Counted from the first letter of the stretch, positions 9,614-19,677 are shown. The stretch: 64,000 nt of DNA from Acidimicrobiia bacterium (GCA_036502765.1 DASXXX010000053.1:172-64171); one strand, 5' to 3'. Translations and numbers: made by a program. The notes: generated by a model from the letters alone, not told the origin.

Positions 9614-10478
9614 CGTTCGACGGCTTCCCCGTGGTCACGCTCCGATAGCCCCCGCTCACCCACTCGGCGATCAACCTGCCGTACTCCTCGGGGGCCTGCT
9701 CCCACGCGTAGTGACCGGCATCGATCGAGTGGATCTCGGCATTGGGCAGGAGATCGTGGAGGTACTCGTTGTTCGACCACGGCACCAGATCGTCGTTGCG
9801 GCCCGCGACGATCTGGCTCGGCGTTGCAATGGTGGGGAGGAGCTCACGCAGCACCGGATTCTGCTCGGGATAGTGGCGTACGAACCGAGCCGACTCGGCG
9901 AAGCGCCCGAGGTCGTAGGCGCTGACATAGTCCTCGTGCACCTCGGGCTCGGTCGCGAACGGGGCGCCGGCTTCGACGGCGGCACCGATGTTGGTGCGGG
10001 CGTCGAGCTCCCGAACCGCGTCGAGGCTGGGCGCTTCGATGACGTCCTTGAGCGCGCCGCCCGCCTCGATCGGGAACCGAACTGCCCCGCCGCCGACCGT
10101 CAAGCTCGTGACGCGGTCCGGAGCCTTCGCGGCGAGGAAGAGCGCGGCAGCAGTTCCGACGTCGGGGCCGACGACATGGGGCGCGCCCAAGCTCCACTCG
10201 TCGATGAGTTGGGCCAGGAATGCTCCCGCCGCATCGGGCGCGATCAGTTCGGGTCGACCGTCGGAGTGGCCGAATCCAGGCATGTCGATGGCGACCACTC
10301 GTCCGAGATCTCCGACTCGGTCCCAGATTCGACGGAACGCCCACAGCGACTCGGGCCAGGGCGCGAGCAGCAGCACGGTGGTGTCGGCCTCCTCCTTGCC
10401 GTCGGCCTGGTTGTCAGCGAAGCGAACCCGCACGCCGTCGGTCACTCGGAAGTACGTTGCGATCGGCGTCGGGCTCAT
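9600..10478 (-). CDS. alpha/beta hydrolase
   Basis: Internal Met (codon 38) of ORF 9600..10589: MSPTPIATYFRVTDGVRVRF...VVGPDVGTAAA...GHYAWEQAP. The ATGA overlap with the upstream tautomerase gene supports this start. Confidence 0.85.
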   Translation of the reverse strand: MSPTPIATYFRVTDGVRVRFADNQADGKEEADTTVLLLAPWPESLWAFRRIWDRVGDLGRVVAIDMPGFGHSDGRPELIAPDAAGAFLAQLIDEWSLGAPHVVGPDVGTAAALFLAAKAPDRVTSLTVGGGAVRFPIEAGGALKDVIEAPSLDAVRELDARTNIGAAVEAGAPFATEPEVHEDYVSAYDLGRFAESARFVRHYPEQNPVLRELLPTIATPSQIVAGRNDDLVPWSNNEYLHDLLPNAEIHSIDAGHYAWEQAPEEYGRLIAEWVSGGYRSVTTGKPSNVDEG

Positions 10479-10936
10479 CCGCTTGTCTCCTCGGTTGCGA
10501 TCCCTCGTTCGTTCGCGAGCTGCGCGATCTGAGCGCGAGCGGCGTCGATCAACTCCGCGTTGGTGTTCGCGTGGCCTGCGAGACCCCAACCGCCGTCGAT
10601 CGCCTCGGTCAGGAGCACCCAGGTGCGTGACGCCAGCGTCGGGTCATCGGCGGCTGCGGCCACGATCTGCGTGAGGCGGGAGACGACCGCGAGCTGCTTC
10701 TCTCGGTTGAGTCCGCCGGCGTTGGTGAGCACCTGCACACGGACGTAGTCGCGATCACCGTCGACGTTGGAGAGCGCGTCGCCCGGCAGGTCGTGCACGA
10801 ACGCCGCAGTGTTCTGACGGAACAGCGGCACGTCCGGCACCTCCTCGACCTGCATGAGCGCGAGTGCCAGGTCGGCAGTCAACCGCCGCGTGTCGCGGAA
10901 GGTGCCCGCGGTCGCGTACACGTCGATCATGGGCAT
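10475..10936 (-). CDS. tautomerase-family protein (4-OT superfamily, long form)
   Basis: 153 aa starting MPMIDVY (Pro-1 after Met removal), the tautomerase hallmark. GGAGAG box upstream. First gene of a three-gene minus-strand operon. Confidence 0.65.
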   Translation of the reverse strand: MPMIDVYATAGTFRDTRRLTADLALALMQVEEVPDVPLFRQNTAAFVHDLPGDALSNVDGDRDYVRVQVLTNAGGLNREKQLAVVSRLTQIVAAAADDPTLASRTWVLLTEAIDGGWGLAGHANTNAELIDAARAQIAQLANERGIATEETSG

Positions 10937-11051
10937 CAGCGGCTCTCCTCCGTCGGTGCGCTATGTATGATGACATGCATACTACGCAGGAGTCTGACGT
11001 CGTGCATAGTGTCGAGCCGAGGACTCAACCCGAGCGCGAACAGGCGAGCCG

Positions 11052-11621
11052 ATGCCGCAGGGCGACGACGTTCGAGCGACCATGGCCGAAGGCGCGACCC
11101 GACTCCTCGCGACGAACGGGATGGCGGGGACGACGTTCGCCGAGGTGCTCGCACGGACGGGGGCGCCACGCGGGTCGATCTATCACCACTTCCCGGGTGG
11201 GAAGTCGGAACTGATCCACGCGGCCTTGGACCTCGCCGACACCTTTGGCAAAGAGGCCATCGAGTCTGTCCGGGGCCGTCCCGCGACCGAGGTCGTGACG
11301 ACCTTCATCGAGCAGTGGCGTGCGTTGCTGGTCGGATTCGACCTGCGCGCCGGGTGCGCGGTGGTGGCAGTCGCGGTGTCGACGAACGATCCGGAGTTGC
11401 GGGAGCACGCCGGCGCCGTGTTCCGCGAGTGGACCGAGCTCCTGGCCGGGTTGTTGATCGACGGCGGCATCGACGCGCAGTCGGCGCCCGCACTCGCGGC
11501 CCTCGTGATTTCTGCGACCGAAGGCGCGGTGGCGGTGAGCCGAGCGGAAGGCGACATCAAGTCGTTCGAGTTGGTCGCAACCCAGCTCCTCGAACTCGTC
11601 GCCGCGCGGGCGCTCCCGTAG
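11052..11621 (+). CDS. TetR/AcrR-family transcriptional regulator
   Basis: 189 aa. The HTH TTFAEVLARTGAPRGSIYHHFPGGKSEL is the canonical TetR_N motif. Divergent from the tautomerase operon. Confidence 0.85.
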   Translation: MPQGDDVRATMAEGATRLLATNGMAGTTFAEVLARTGAPRGSIYHHFPGGKSELIHAALDLADTFGKEAIESVRGRPATEVVTTFIEQWRALLVGFDLRAGCAVVAVAVSTNDPELREHAGAVFREWTELLAGLLIDGGIDAQSAPALAALVISATEGAVAVSRAEGDIKSFELVATQLLELVAARALP

Positions 11622-11704
11622 CTCCCCCGGCGCACCAGCAGACTGCACCGCGAGCGCTTGACAGCAAGACTGTCCCGCTCGAGCCTGCCTGAGCGAGCTC
11701 TCGG

Positions 11705-12289
11705 TCAGGCGAGCCCGCGCGCGAGCTGGTCGAACGCCTCGTCGAGGACGCCGGCGAAGTCGGTGCCAGGAATACCGAGCCACGTGTCGAAGACGATTCG
11801 GAATGCGGCCATCGACACCGCGACCCGCAGGCGCAGGTCGTGTGCGGCGAGTGGGGCGGCTGCGACGCGGTTGCGGCGCTCGAGCTCGTCGAAGAGCCTG
11901 GCCTCCCACCCGCGCTGCTGCTCGGCCTTGTCGGCCCGAAGGCTCGGTGATCCGTCGAGCACGCGCGCCCGGGTGACGTGTCGAGCGCGCTCCGGCTCGT
12001 AGGCGAGCGCCAAGGTGTGCAGTGAGCGGTGGAGCACCTCGAGCGGCGGATCCTCGAGGGGCTGCTCGGCGACGATCTCGAGAAGCGCGGCGCATCGCTG
12101 CTGCGAATCGACGAAGAGCAGCTCCTCCTTGGTGGCGTAGTAGCGGAAGAAGGTGCGCGGCGACACCTCGCACGCTTCGGCGATCTCCTCGACCGTGGTC
12201 TGGTCGAAGCCGTTGCGGGCGAAGAGGTCCATCGCCACGTCGTGCAGCGTGGCGCGGGTGCGAGCCTTCTTGAGCTCTCGGAGACCCAT
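11705..12289 (-). CDS. TetR-family transcriptional regulator
   Basis: Last 194 codons of ORF 11705..13702: MGLRELKKARTRATLHDVAMDLFARNGFDQTTVEEIAEACEVSPRTFFRYY. The remainder of that ORF is antisense to the MFS gene. Confidence 0.85.
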   Translation of the reverse strand: MGLRELKKARTRATLHDVAMDLFARNGFDQTTVEEIAEACEVSPRTFFRYYATKEELLFVDSQQRCAALLEIVAEQPLEDPPLEVLHRSLHTLALAYEPERARHVTRARVLDGSPSLRADKAEQQRGWEARLFDELERRNRVAAAPLAAHDLRLRVAVSMAAFRIVFDTWLGIPGTDFAGVLDEAFDQLARGLA

Positions 12290-12367
12290 GAAGACATTCT
12301 GACATAACCCGCCGGTTGGCAGGATATGCAGACTGTCAGTTCGTTTCTTCTGGCATGAAGTGACAGA

Positions 12368-14062
12368 ATGCGGACAATGACTGCTGCGACCCCCCGTGCC
12401 ACCCCCGGCGCCACCCCCGGCGCGACCCCCGGAACGGCCGCCGACAGCGTCTACGAGCGCCGGTGGTGGACCCTCGGCGTCCTCTGCCTCAGCTTGCTGA
12501 TCGTGTTCGTCGGCAACTCGAGCTTGAACGTCGCGCTGCCCTCGCTGGCGCGTGATCTCGGAGCCACCGAGTCGCAGCTGCAATGGGTGGTCGCGTCCTA
12601 CTCGCTCGTCTTCGCGGGGCTGCTGTTCACGGCCGGTGCGCTCGGAGATCGATTCGGACGCAAGGGCGCGCTGCAGTTCGGCCTCGCCGCTTTCTTCGTG
12701 GGCGCGGCGGCGGCGTCGCAGGCAACCACGATGGGGCAACTGATCGGTTGTCGCGCGGTGATGGGTGTCGGTGCGGCGTTCATCATGCCGTCGACCCTGT
12801 CGATCCTCGTGAACGTCTTCCCCGAGGGTGAACGCGCCAAGGCGATCGCGATCTGGGCCGCCACCGTGGGCGTCGCTGGCGCGATCGGCCCGCTCATGAG
12901 TGGCTTCCTGCTCACCCACTTCTGGTTCGGGTCGGTGTTCCTGATCAACCTCCCGATCATCGCCCTCGCGCTGGTCGGCGGATGGTTCCTGGTGCCGAAG
13001 TCGCGCGATCCCGAAGAGGCGCGACTCGATCCGGTCGGCGCGGTGCTCTCGATCGTGGGCATCTCGTCGCTCGTGTTCGCGCTCATCCAGGCCCCCGACA
13101 AGGGATGGGGCGCGCCACAGACGGTCGGTGCGTTCGTCGTCTCGTTCGTGGTGCTCGCGTTGTTCGTCGTGTGGGAGCTGCACACCGACGAGCCGATGCT
13201 CGACATGCGCTTCTTCCGGAACCCGAGCTTCAGCACCGGGAGCGGCGGCATGCTGCTCGTGTTCCTCGCCATGTACGGCGTCCTCTTCCTCATGACGCAG
13301 TACTTCCAACTGGTGCTGAACGACTCGCCGTTGGCCGCGGCGGCGCGGTTGCTGCCCATGGCGCCGATCATGCTCATCGTCGCGCCGTTCACGCCGCAGT
13401 TGAGCAGGCGCTTCGGCGCGAACCGCGTCGTCGGGATGGGCATGGTGCTCATCGCGGTCGGGTTCGCGATCTTCTCCCAGGTCGGGCTCACGACGCCCTA
13501 CTGGGTCATCCTGGTCATGCTCGTGCCGCTCGTCTCGGGGATGGCGATGTCGATGTCGCCGATGACCTCGGCGATCATGGCGGCGGTACCGGCGCGGCGA
13601 GCGGGGGCGGGATCGGCCATGAACGACGCCACCCGAGAGCTCGGCGCCGCCCTCGGCGTCGCAGTGCTCGGCTCCATCGCCGCGTCGCAGTACAGCAGCC
13701 ATCTCCGCGACGCGGTCGGCAAGCTTCCCGCCTCGTCGCGGTCGGCCGCGAGCTCGTCGATCGCCGGCGCGCTGGACGCCGCGAAGTCACTCCCCGCGTC
13801 CGCCACGCAGGCCTTCGACCTCCTCGCCCGCACCGCCTTCGTCGACGGCATCCGCGTCGCCGGGCTCTTCGGCGCCGCGCTCGCCCTCGCCGCCGCAGTC
13901 GTCACCGTCCGCTACCTCCCGCGCTCGTTGCCCGACGAGGGCGCGCTGCACTCCCCAGTCGACGCGCTCGAGAACGTCGCCGAGCTCGGTCTCGGCGGTG
14001 TGCTCCCGGTGTTCGCCGACGAGCACTTCCCCGGCGACGCCGCGGTCGAGCATCCTGTGTGA
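12368..14062 (+). CDS. MFS transporter, DHA2 (EmrB/QacA-like, 14-TMS) drug:H+ antiporter family
   Basis: 564 aa, many hydrophobic spans, motif A-like GALGDRFGRKG. Divergent from the TetR gene. Confidence 0.9.
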   Translation: MRTMTAATPRATPGATPGATPGTAADSVYERRWWTLGVLCLSLLIVFVGNSSLNVALPSLARDLGATESQLQWVVASYSLVFAGLLFTAGALGDRFGRKGALQFGLAAFFVGAAAASQATTMGQLIGCRAVMGVGAAFIMPSTLSILVNVFPEGERAKAIAIWAATVGVAGAIGPLMSGFLLTHFWFGSVFLINLPIIALALVGGWFLVPKSRDPEEARLDPVGAVLSIVGISSLVFALIQAPDKGWGAPQTVGAFVVSFVVLALFVVWELHTDEPMLDMRFFRNPSFSTGSGGMLLVFLAMYGVLFLMTQYFQLVLNDSPLAAAARLLPMAPIMLIVAPFTPQLSRRFGANRVVGMGMVLIAVGFAIFSQVGLTTPYWVILVMLVPLVSGMAMSMSPMTSAIMAAVPARRAGAGSAMNDATRELGAALGVAVLGSIAASQYSSHLRDAVGKLPASSRSAASSSIAGALDAAKSLPASATQAFDLLARTAFVDGIRVAGLFGAALALAAAVVTVRYLPRSLPDEGALHSPVDALENVAELGLGGVLPVFADEHFPGDAAVEHPV

Positions 14063-14117
14063 GCGCGCACAGGCGCCTGAGTCCGTCCCGACAATCGCGA
14101 GCCGAGGAGAACCTCCC

Positions 14118-14558
14118 ATGCCGAACCTCTCGTTCCCTTCAGTGTGGTCAGCGCACGTACCCGCCCGCGTCATCGCCGGCGCCTTCATCCTCCACTCGGG
14201 CATCGACAAGTGGAAGGGCGACGAAGCCACTGCGGCCGCCGTGCACGGCATGGCCGCGGGCACGTACCCGTTCCTGGCGAAGCTCGCACCCGACACGTTC
14301 CTGAAGCTGTTGGCCGCCGGCGAAATCGCGGTCGGCGCTGCGGTCGCGCTCCCCGTCGTGCCCGAGCGCGTCGCGGGCGCCGCGCTCACCGGGTTCGCTG
14401 GTGCGCTCCTCGGCCTCTACGCACGCACGCCCGGGATGCGGAAGCCGCACAGCATCTGGCCGACTCAGCAAGGCATCGCCGTCAGCAAGGACGCCTGGCT
14501 GCTCGGCATCGGCCTGACGCTCCTCGCCGAGTCCTTCACCGCGCCGGATCCGGCCTGA
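14118..14558 (+). CDS. putative membrane protein (DoxX-like)
   Basis: Internal ATG preceded by GAGGAGAACCTCCC. 146 aa with about four hydrophobic segments (VIAGAFILHSGIDKW..., AGEIAVGAAVALPVV...). Confidence 0.5.
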   Translation: MPNLSFPSVWSAHVPARVIAGAFILHSGIDKWKGDEATAAAVHGMAAGTYPFLAKLAPDTFLKLLAAGEIAVGAAVALPVVPERVAGAALTGFAGALLGLYARTPGMRKPHSIWPTQQGIAVSKDAWLLGIGLTLLAESFTAPDPA

Positions 14559-14630
14559 CCGTCCAGGCCGTGGCATCCGATAACTGACACGGAGTTGCTC
14601 TTCGGGTGGCGGGCCCTGATCATGTGACGC

Positions 14631-15779
14631 ATGAGCGAATCCGCGATCGAACCGGCGTCGACCGACGACGTGATCGTCGACGCCGACGGCCACCTCTGCG
14701 AGCCTCCTGATCTCTGGACCCGCGGCCTTCCCGCCCACCTCGCCGACCAGGGCATCCGCCTGATCTGGGACGAGGCTTCGGGCTACGACCGGTGCCTGGT
14801 CGAGGATCGCGTCGTCGTCGAACGCGGGCTCGCCGGACTCGGCAACGCGGGTGAGGGCTTCGACGACTTCGGTCGCGGTCGCCACTACGAAGACCTGAAC
14901 CCGGCGGGTTTCGACGCGTCCGAGCGGGTGAAGGTGCTCGACGCCGAGGGCATCGACGTCTCGGTGATGTACCCGGGTCTCGGTCTGAAGCTCGGTGGCA
15001 TCGAGGACGCGGAGCTCGCGGTGTGGTCGTGTCGCGTCTACAACGACTGGGTCGCCGAGTGGTGCGCCGCGGCACCCGAACGGTTGAAGGGAACGGGCGC
15101 GCTCCCGCTCCAGGATCCCGCGGCCGCGGCCGACGAGGCTCGCCGGGTCAAGGACCTCGGGCTCGTCGGCACGTTCGTGCGTCCGAACGCGTACAACGGC
15201 GTGCCGTTCCACGACCTGCAGTACACGCCGGTGTGGGAAGCACTCGAGGAGACCGGCCTCGCGCTCGGGCTGCACATCACGGGTCTCTCCGACATGCCGG
15301 GAGCCGCACGCGGGATGGGCGCGTTGATGGCACCGGGCACGCACCACGCGCTGATCCCGGTCATCGACCAGATGGTGACGCTCTCGAACCTGACCTACGG
15401 CGGCGTGCTGGAGCGTCACCCCGAGTTGAAGGTGGCGGTGCTCGAGAGCGGCGGGGGCTGGATCGCCCACTGGATGGACCGCCTCAACGAGTTCGAGGAG
15501 AGCTACTACTGGGCCGCGGCGCCGATGACGCTCAGCGCCGAGGAGTACTTCCAGCGGCAGTGCTGGGTCAGCTTCGATCCCGGGGAGCGCACCGCGAGCG
15601 TGCTCGGCGCGCTGATCGGCCCCGATCGCATGATCTGGGCGTCGGACTTCCCTCACAACGACGCGAAGTACCCCGGCGTCATCGACGAGCTCCGCGAGCA
15701 CAACGACGGCCTTCCCGAGCCGGACCGTCGTGCCCTGTACGGGCTCAACGCGTGCGACCTCTATGACCTCGCACTTTGA
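14631..15779 (+). CDS. amidohydrolase-family protein (PF04909-like)
   Basis: 382 aa. DADGHLCEP, YNDWVAEW and WASDFPHND are motifs typical of amidohydrolase_2 enzymes. Confidence 0.85.
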   Translation: MSESAIEPASTDDVIVDADGHLCEPPDLWTRGLPAHLADQGIRLIWDEASGYDRCLVEDRVVVERGLAGLGNAGEGFDDFGRGRHYEDLNPAGFDASERVKVLDAEGIDVSVMYPGLGLKLGGIEDAELAVWSCRVYNDWVAEWCAAAPERLKGTGALPLQDPAAAADEARRVKDLGLVGTFVRPNAYNGVPFHDLQYTPVWEALEETGLALGLHITGLSDMPGAARGMGALMAPGTHHALIPVIDQMVTLSNLTYGGVLERHPELKVAVLESGGGWIAHWMDRLNEFEESYYWAAAPMTLSAEEYFQRQCWVSFDPGERTASVLGALIGPDRMIWASDFPHNDAKYPGVIDELREHNDGLPEPDRRALYGLNACDLYDLAL

Positions 15780-17451
15780 CCTCCTGATCCGCGGCGGGAC
15801 GGTCGTCGACGGCACCGGCGCTCCGGCGCGCACGGCCGACGTCGCGATCCGCAACGGGCGGATCGCCGCGGTCGGTCAGCTCGACGACACCGCCGCTCGC
15901 GTCATCGACGCCGACGGCCTGCTGGTGACACCCGGCTTCGTCGACATCCACACCCACTACGACGCGCAGCTCCACTGGGATCCGACGGCGTCGCCGGCGT
16001 CGTGGCACGGCGTGACCACACTGCTCACGGGCAACTGCGGCTTCACGATCGCGCCGGCCGAGTCGCACGATGTCGACTGGCTGCTCCAGATGCTGAGCCG
16101 CGTGGAAGGCATGTCGGCGGACGCGCTCGCGGAGGGGGTGCGCTTCCGCGGCGGGACCATCGCCGACTTCCTCGACGGGCTCGAAGGTCGGCTCGGCGTG
16201 AACATGGGCGCAAACGTCGGACACTGCGCGGTGCGGCGTCACGTCATGGGCGACGACGCGTCCGAGCGCGTCGCCACCGCAGACGAGATCAGCGCGATGC
16301 AAGCACTCGTCCGCGCCGCGATGCGCGATGGCGCGATGGGATTCACCTCGTCACAACTGGAACTGCACGTCGCGCACGACGGCCGAGGGGTCCCGTCCAA
16401 CTACGCGGACCACGACGAGCTGATCGCGCTCGCCGGGGTCCTCGCCGAGTTCGGTCGCGGCTCGATCGAGTTCATCCCCCGCAGCTTCCTCGTCGGCTAC
16501 GACAACGACGATCGCGCGCTCATCCGCGCCATGGCCCGCGCATCGGGACGGCCCGTGCACCTCAACACGCTCACGAGCATGCCCCACGCACCCGACGGCT
16601 GGTCGCGCAGCCTCGAGTTCGCCGAGACCGCCGCCGAGGACGGTCTCGCCCTCCACCCGATGTTCGCCACGAACCGCCCCGGCGTCCACTTCTCCCTCGG
16701 GTCGACGTTCCTGTTCGACGAGATGCCGACCTTCCGCGAGACCCTGACCCTCCCAACCCCGGCGCGCCGGGACTGCCTGTGCGACCCCGCGGTGCGCGAC
16801 CGCATGCGCACCGAGCTCGCCGACCCTGCAGGGCGCTCGTTCGTCTTTGCGTGGGACGTGCTGCGCGTCGAGCGCGTGCTGCACCCGGTCAATGAGCGCT
16901 GGCTCGACCAGTCGATCACCGAGATCGCGCACGCGACGAACGCCGACCCCCTCGACGCCTTCCTCGACCTCTCCCTCGACGAGGACCTCGAGACCCAGTT
17001 CGGCGTCGCCCGGCCGCCCTCGCCGGAACGCCTCGAGGCGACCGCGCGCATGATCCGATCGCCCGTCGTCATGGCCGGGTCATCAGACGGCGGCGCGCAC
17101 CTCCTGTCGTACTGCGGCGCCGACTACACCACGCGCCTGCTCACCGAGTGGGTCCCCTCCACGCTGACCCTCGAACAGGCCGTCGCGCGACTGACCGCGA
17201 TACCGGCACGGGCCACCGGCATCCTCGATCGAGGCACGCTCGCTCCCGACATGGCCGCCGACGTCTTGCTGATCGACCGCGCGTCGCTCGGCGCGGGTTC
17301 GGCCCGGTACGTGCGGGACTTCCCGGCCGACTCAGGGCGGTTCGTGGTCGACGCGACCGGCTACCAGGCCGTCATCGTCAACGGTGAGCCCCTGCACGAG
17401 GACGGAGCCTGGACCGGCGCCACTCCGGGACACGTCGTGAGGTCCGGTTGA
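15763..17451 (+). CDS. N-acyl-D-amino-acid deacylase (D-aminoacylase) family amidohydrolase
   Basis: Starts at the internal Met (MTSHFDLLIRGGTVVDGTGAP...VTPGFVDIHTHYD), the classic D-aminoacylase/amidohydrolase_3 N-terminus. Overlaps the upstream gene by 17 nt. Confidence 0.85.
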   Translation: MTSHFDLLIRGGTVVDGTGAPARTADVAIRNGRIAAVGQLDDTAARVIDADGLLVTPGFVDIHTHYDAQLHWDPTASPASWHGVTTLLTGNCGFTIAPAESHDVDWLLQMLSRVEGMSADALAEGVRFRGGTIADFLDGLEGRLGVNMGANVGHCAVRRHVMGDDASERVATADEISAMQALVRAAMRDGAMGFTSSQLELHVAHDGRGVPSNYADHDELIALAGVLAEFGRGSIEFIPRSFLVGYDNDDRALIRAMARASGRPVHLNTLTSMPHAPDGWSRSLEFAETAAEDGLALHPMFATNRPGVHFSLGSTFLFDEMPTFRETLTLPTPARRDCLCDPAVRDRMRTELADPAGRSFVFAWDVLRVERVLHPVNERWLDQSITEIAHATNADPLDAFLDLSLDEDLETQFGVARPPSPERLEATARMIRSPVVMAGSSDGGAHLLSYCGADYTTRLLTEWVPSTLTLEQAVARLTAIPARATGILDRGTLAPDMAADVLLIDRASLGAGSARYVRDFPADSGRFVVDATGYQAVIVNGEPLHEDGAWTGATPGHVVRSG

Positions 17452-17473
17452 CGGACCGGGGACACTCTGAGAC

Positions 17474-17863
17474 ATGACCGAGCGCTTCGCGTACGCGATC
17501 GACCCCAAGTACCGCCCCGTCCTCGCCCTGTTCGGCTTCCGACGCTCCAAGGACGCCGTCACCCTCGACGACGACACCTTCCTCGCGACCTTCGGGTTCG
17601 TGAAGATCCAGACGCCGCGCTCGAACATCACCGGCGCCCACATCACCCGCGGCTACCGCTGGTGGACGGCCGTCGGGGTCCGCGGCTCGATGGTCGACGA
17701 CGGCCTCAGCTTCGGGAGCAACTACGACGCCGGCGTCTGCATCCACTTCGCCGAGAAGGTCCCGTCCCCGCTCAGGCGCAGTGGCCACTCCGCGCTCACC
17801 GTGACCGTCGAAGATCTCGAGGGCCTCACGCGCGCGCTGGGGAGCGACGACGAGTCGAGCTGA
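17474..17863 (+). CDS. hypothetical protein
   Basis: 129-aa ORF with normal composition and codon bias, directly downstream of the deacylase gene. No family recognised. Confidence 0.5.
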   Translation: MTERFAYAIDPKYRPVLALFGFRRSKDAVTLDDDTFLATFGFVKIQTPRSNITGAHITRGYRWWTAVGVRGSMVDDGLSFGSNYDAGVCIHFAEKVPSPLRRSGHSALTVTVEDLEGLTRALGSDDESS

Positions 17864-17884
17864 CGCCCGTCGCGATGCAGACCG

Positions 17885-18703
17885 TCAGCCCTTGCGGTAG
17901 GAGCGCACCGCGAGCGGTGTGAACACGAGGACGATCCCGAGCGCCCACAGCAGCGAGCCCACCACCCAGTACGTGAGCCCGTGGTCGAAGGTGCGCGTCA
18001 CCGCGTCGCCGAGCAGCAGGCCCCGCCACGAGTTGACCATGAACGTGAGTGGTTGCGCTTTGGCGAACGCCTGCACCGGCCCCGGCATGGTCGCGATCGG
18101 GACGAACGCGCTCGAGATGAACGAGAACGGCACCGCGAGGATGCTGAGCCCTTGCGCGGCCTGCGCGTTGCCGCTGACCAGGCCGAGCCAGGCGAACACG
18201 ATGGCGAACGAGAGCGCGTACACCACGAGGAGACCGAGCGCGAGCACGACGTCCGGGACCGTGGTGTGCATGCGGAAGCCGATGATGAAGCCGACCCCCA
18301 GCGTCACCAAGCCCACGATCACCATCAGCGTGGCGTCGGCCATGGCCCGCCCTGCGAGCACGGCGCGGTCGGAGATGGGGAGCGAACGCAGCCGGTCGTT
18401 GAGCCCCGACGCGACGTCCTCCGCCACCGCGACCGACGACCCACCGCCGGTGAAGAGGATGCCCGAGACGACGAACCCGGGGACCAGGAACTCGACGTAG
18501 GTGACGCCGCTGACGCCGATCGCGCCGCCGAGGATGTAGCGGAACATCAGCAGGAACACCACGCTCTGCACGATCGCGATGCCGAACACCTGCGGCGTGC
18601 GCATCAGCTTGCGGATGGTGCGCGCGGCGACCGTGAACGCGGTCGTGGCCCACGTGGCGGTATGGGTGGGAGCGGGAATCGTGAGGGCAGGGATCGTGCT
18701 CAT
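17885..18703 (-). CDS. ABC-2 type transporter permease
   Basis: Last 272 codons of ORF 17885..19156 (MSTIPALTIPAPTHTATWATTAFTVAARTIRKLMRTPQ...). Six hydrophobic spans. The ATGA overlap with the upstream ATPase stop supports the start. Confidence 0.85.
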   Translation of the reverse strand: MSTIPALTIPAPTHTATWATTAFTVAARTIRKLMRTPQVFGIAIVQSVVFLLMFRYILGGAIGVSGVTYVEFLVPGFVVSGILFTGGGSSVAVAEDVASGLNDRLRSLPISDRAVLAGRAMADATLMVIVGLVTLGVGFIIGFRMHTTVPDVVLALGLLVVYALSFAIVFAWLGLVSGNAQAAQGLSILAVPFSFISSAFVPIATMPGPVQAFAKAQPLTFMVNSWRGLLLGDAVTRTFDHGLTYWVVGSLLWALGIVLVFTPLAVRSYRKG

Positions 18704-19677
18704 GACTTGCTCTTTTCGCGCGGCGCGTCGGCATCGGACTCGGAGGGTTCGGTGGTGGTGTGACCGGTGAGCGTGAGGAACACGTCGTCGAGCGTCGGTC
18801 GTCGTAGCGCGATGTCGTCGAGCGAGATGTCGGCGTCGCCGAGCGCTTGGACCGCGCTCACGAGCTCGTCGGCGCCGCCACTGACGGGGAGCGACACGCG
18901 CGAGTTCTCGGTGTCGATGGTCGCCTCCGATCCGAGCGCCGCTGCCGCGCGTTCCAGGTCGGCTTCGTTCTTGACCGTCACGTCGACGACGTCGCGGCCC
19001 AGCTGGGCCTTGAGCTCGTCGCCGGTGCCCGATGCCACGAGCTTCCCGTGGTCGATGATGGCGATGAGGTCGGCGAGGCGGTCGGCCTCCTCGAGGTACT
19101 GGGTGGTGAGGAGCACGTTGGTGCCGCCCGCCACCAGGTCCTCGATCGCCACCCACAACTCGTTCCGGCTCCGCGGGTCGAGCCCGGTCGTCGGCTCGTC
19201 GAGGAGCAACAAGCGCGGCGCGCCGACGAGGCTGGCGCCGAGGTCGAGGCGTCGCTGCATGCCGCCGGAGTAGGTGCGCACCAACCGATCGCCGGCGTCG
19301 GAGAGGCCCATCTGGTCGAGCACCGCATCGGCTGCCTTGGTGCCCTCGTCGCGGTCGTGACCGAACAGCCGCGCCACCATGCGGAGGTTCTCGCGGCCCG
19401 TCAACGCGGGTTCGACCGCGGCGTACTGGCCGGCGAGACCGATGCTGCGGCGAACCTGCTTCGGGTGCTTCGCCACGTCGATGCCCGCGACCTTCAGCGT
19501 CCCCGCAGTCGGGCGGGTGAGCGTGGCGATGGTGCGGATCAGCGTCGTCTTGCCCGCACCGTTGGGTCCGAGCACGGCGAGCACCTGACCGGACGGGACG
19601 CTCAGATCCAGACCTGCGAGCGCCTCGACGTCACCGAAGTGCTTCTTCAGACCTTCGGCCTCGATCATCATTTCCAT
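18700..19677 (-). CDS. ABC transporter ATP-binding protein (DrrA-like)
   Basis: Walker A GPNGAGKTT, signature YSGGMQRRL, Walker B LLLLDEPTTGLD. Start placed at MEMMIEAEGL. Confidence 0.9.
   Translation of the reverse strand: MEMMIEAEGLKKHFGDVEALAGLDLSVPSGQVLAVLGPNGAGKTTLIRTIATLTRPTAGTLKVAGIDVAKHPKQVRRSIGLAGQYAAVEPALTGRENLRMVARLFGHDRDEGTKAADAVLDQMGLSDAGDRLVRTYSGGMQRRLDLGASLVGAPRLLLLDEPTTGLDPRSRNELWVAIEDLVAGGTNVLLTTQYLEEADRLADLIAIIDHGKLVASGTGDELKAQLGRDVVDVTVKNEADLERAAAALGSEATIDTENSRVSLPVSGGADELVSAVQALGDADISLDDIALRRPTLDDVFLTLTGHTTTEPSESDADAPREKSKS

Noticed and set aside
12290-13702. N-terminal 470 codons of ORF 11705..13702 (minus strand)
   Set aside because: Only the last 194 codons form a TetR protein. 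The remainder is antisense to the MFS transporter and is Arg/Asp/His/Glu-rich nonsense.
14148-15854. 568-aa minus-strand ORF
   Set aside because: It is antisense to the membrane protein and amidohydrolase genes, which have clear family motifs. Its composition is Arg/Val/Asp/Glu-biased and no domains are recognisable.
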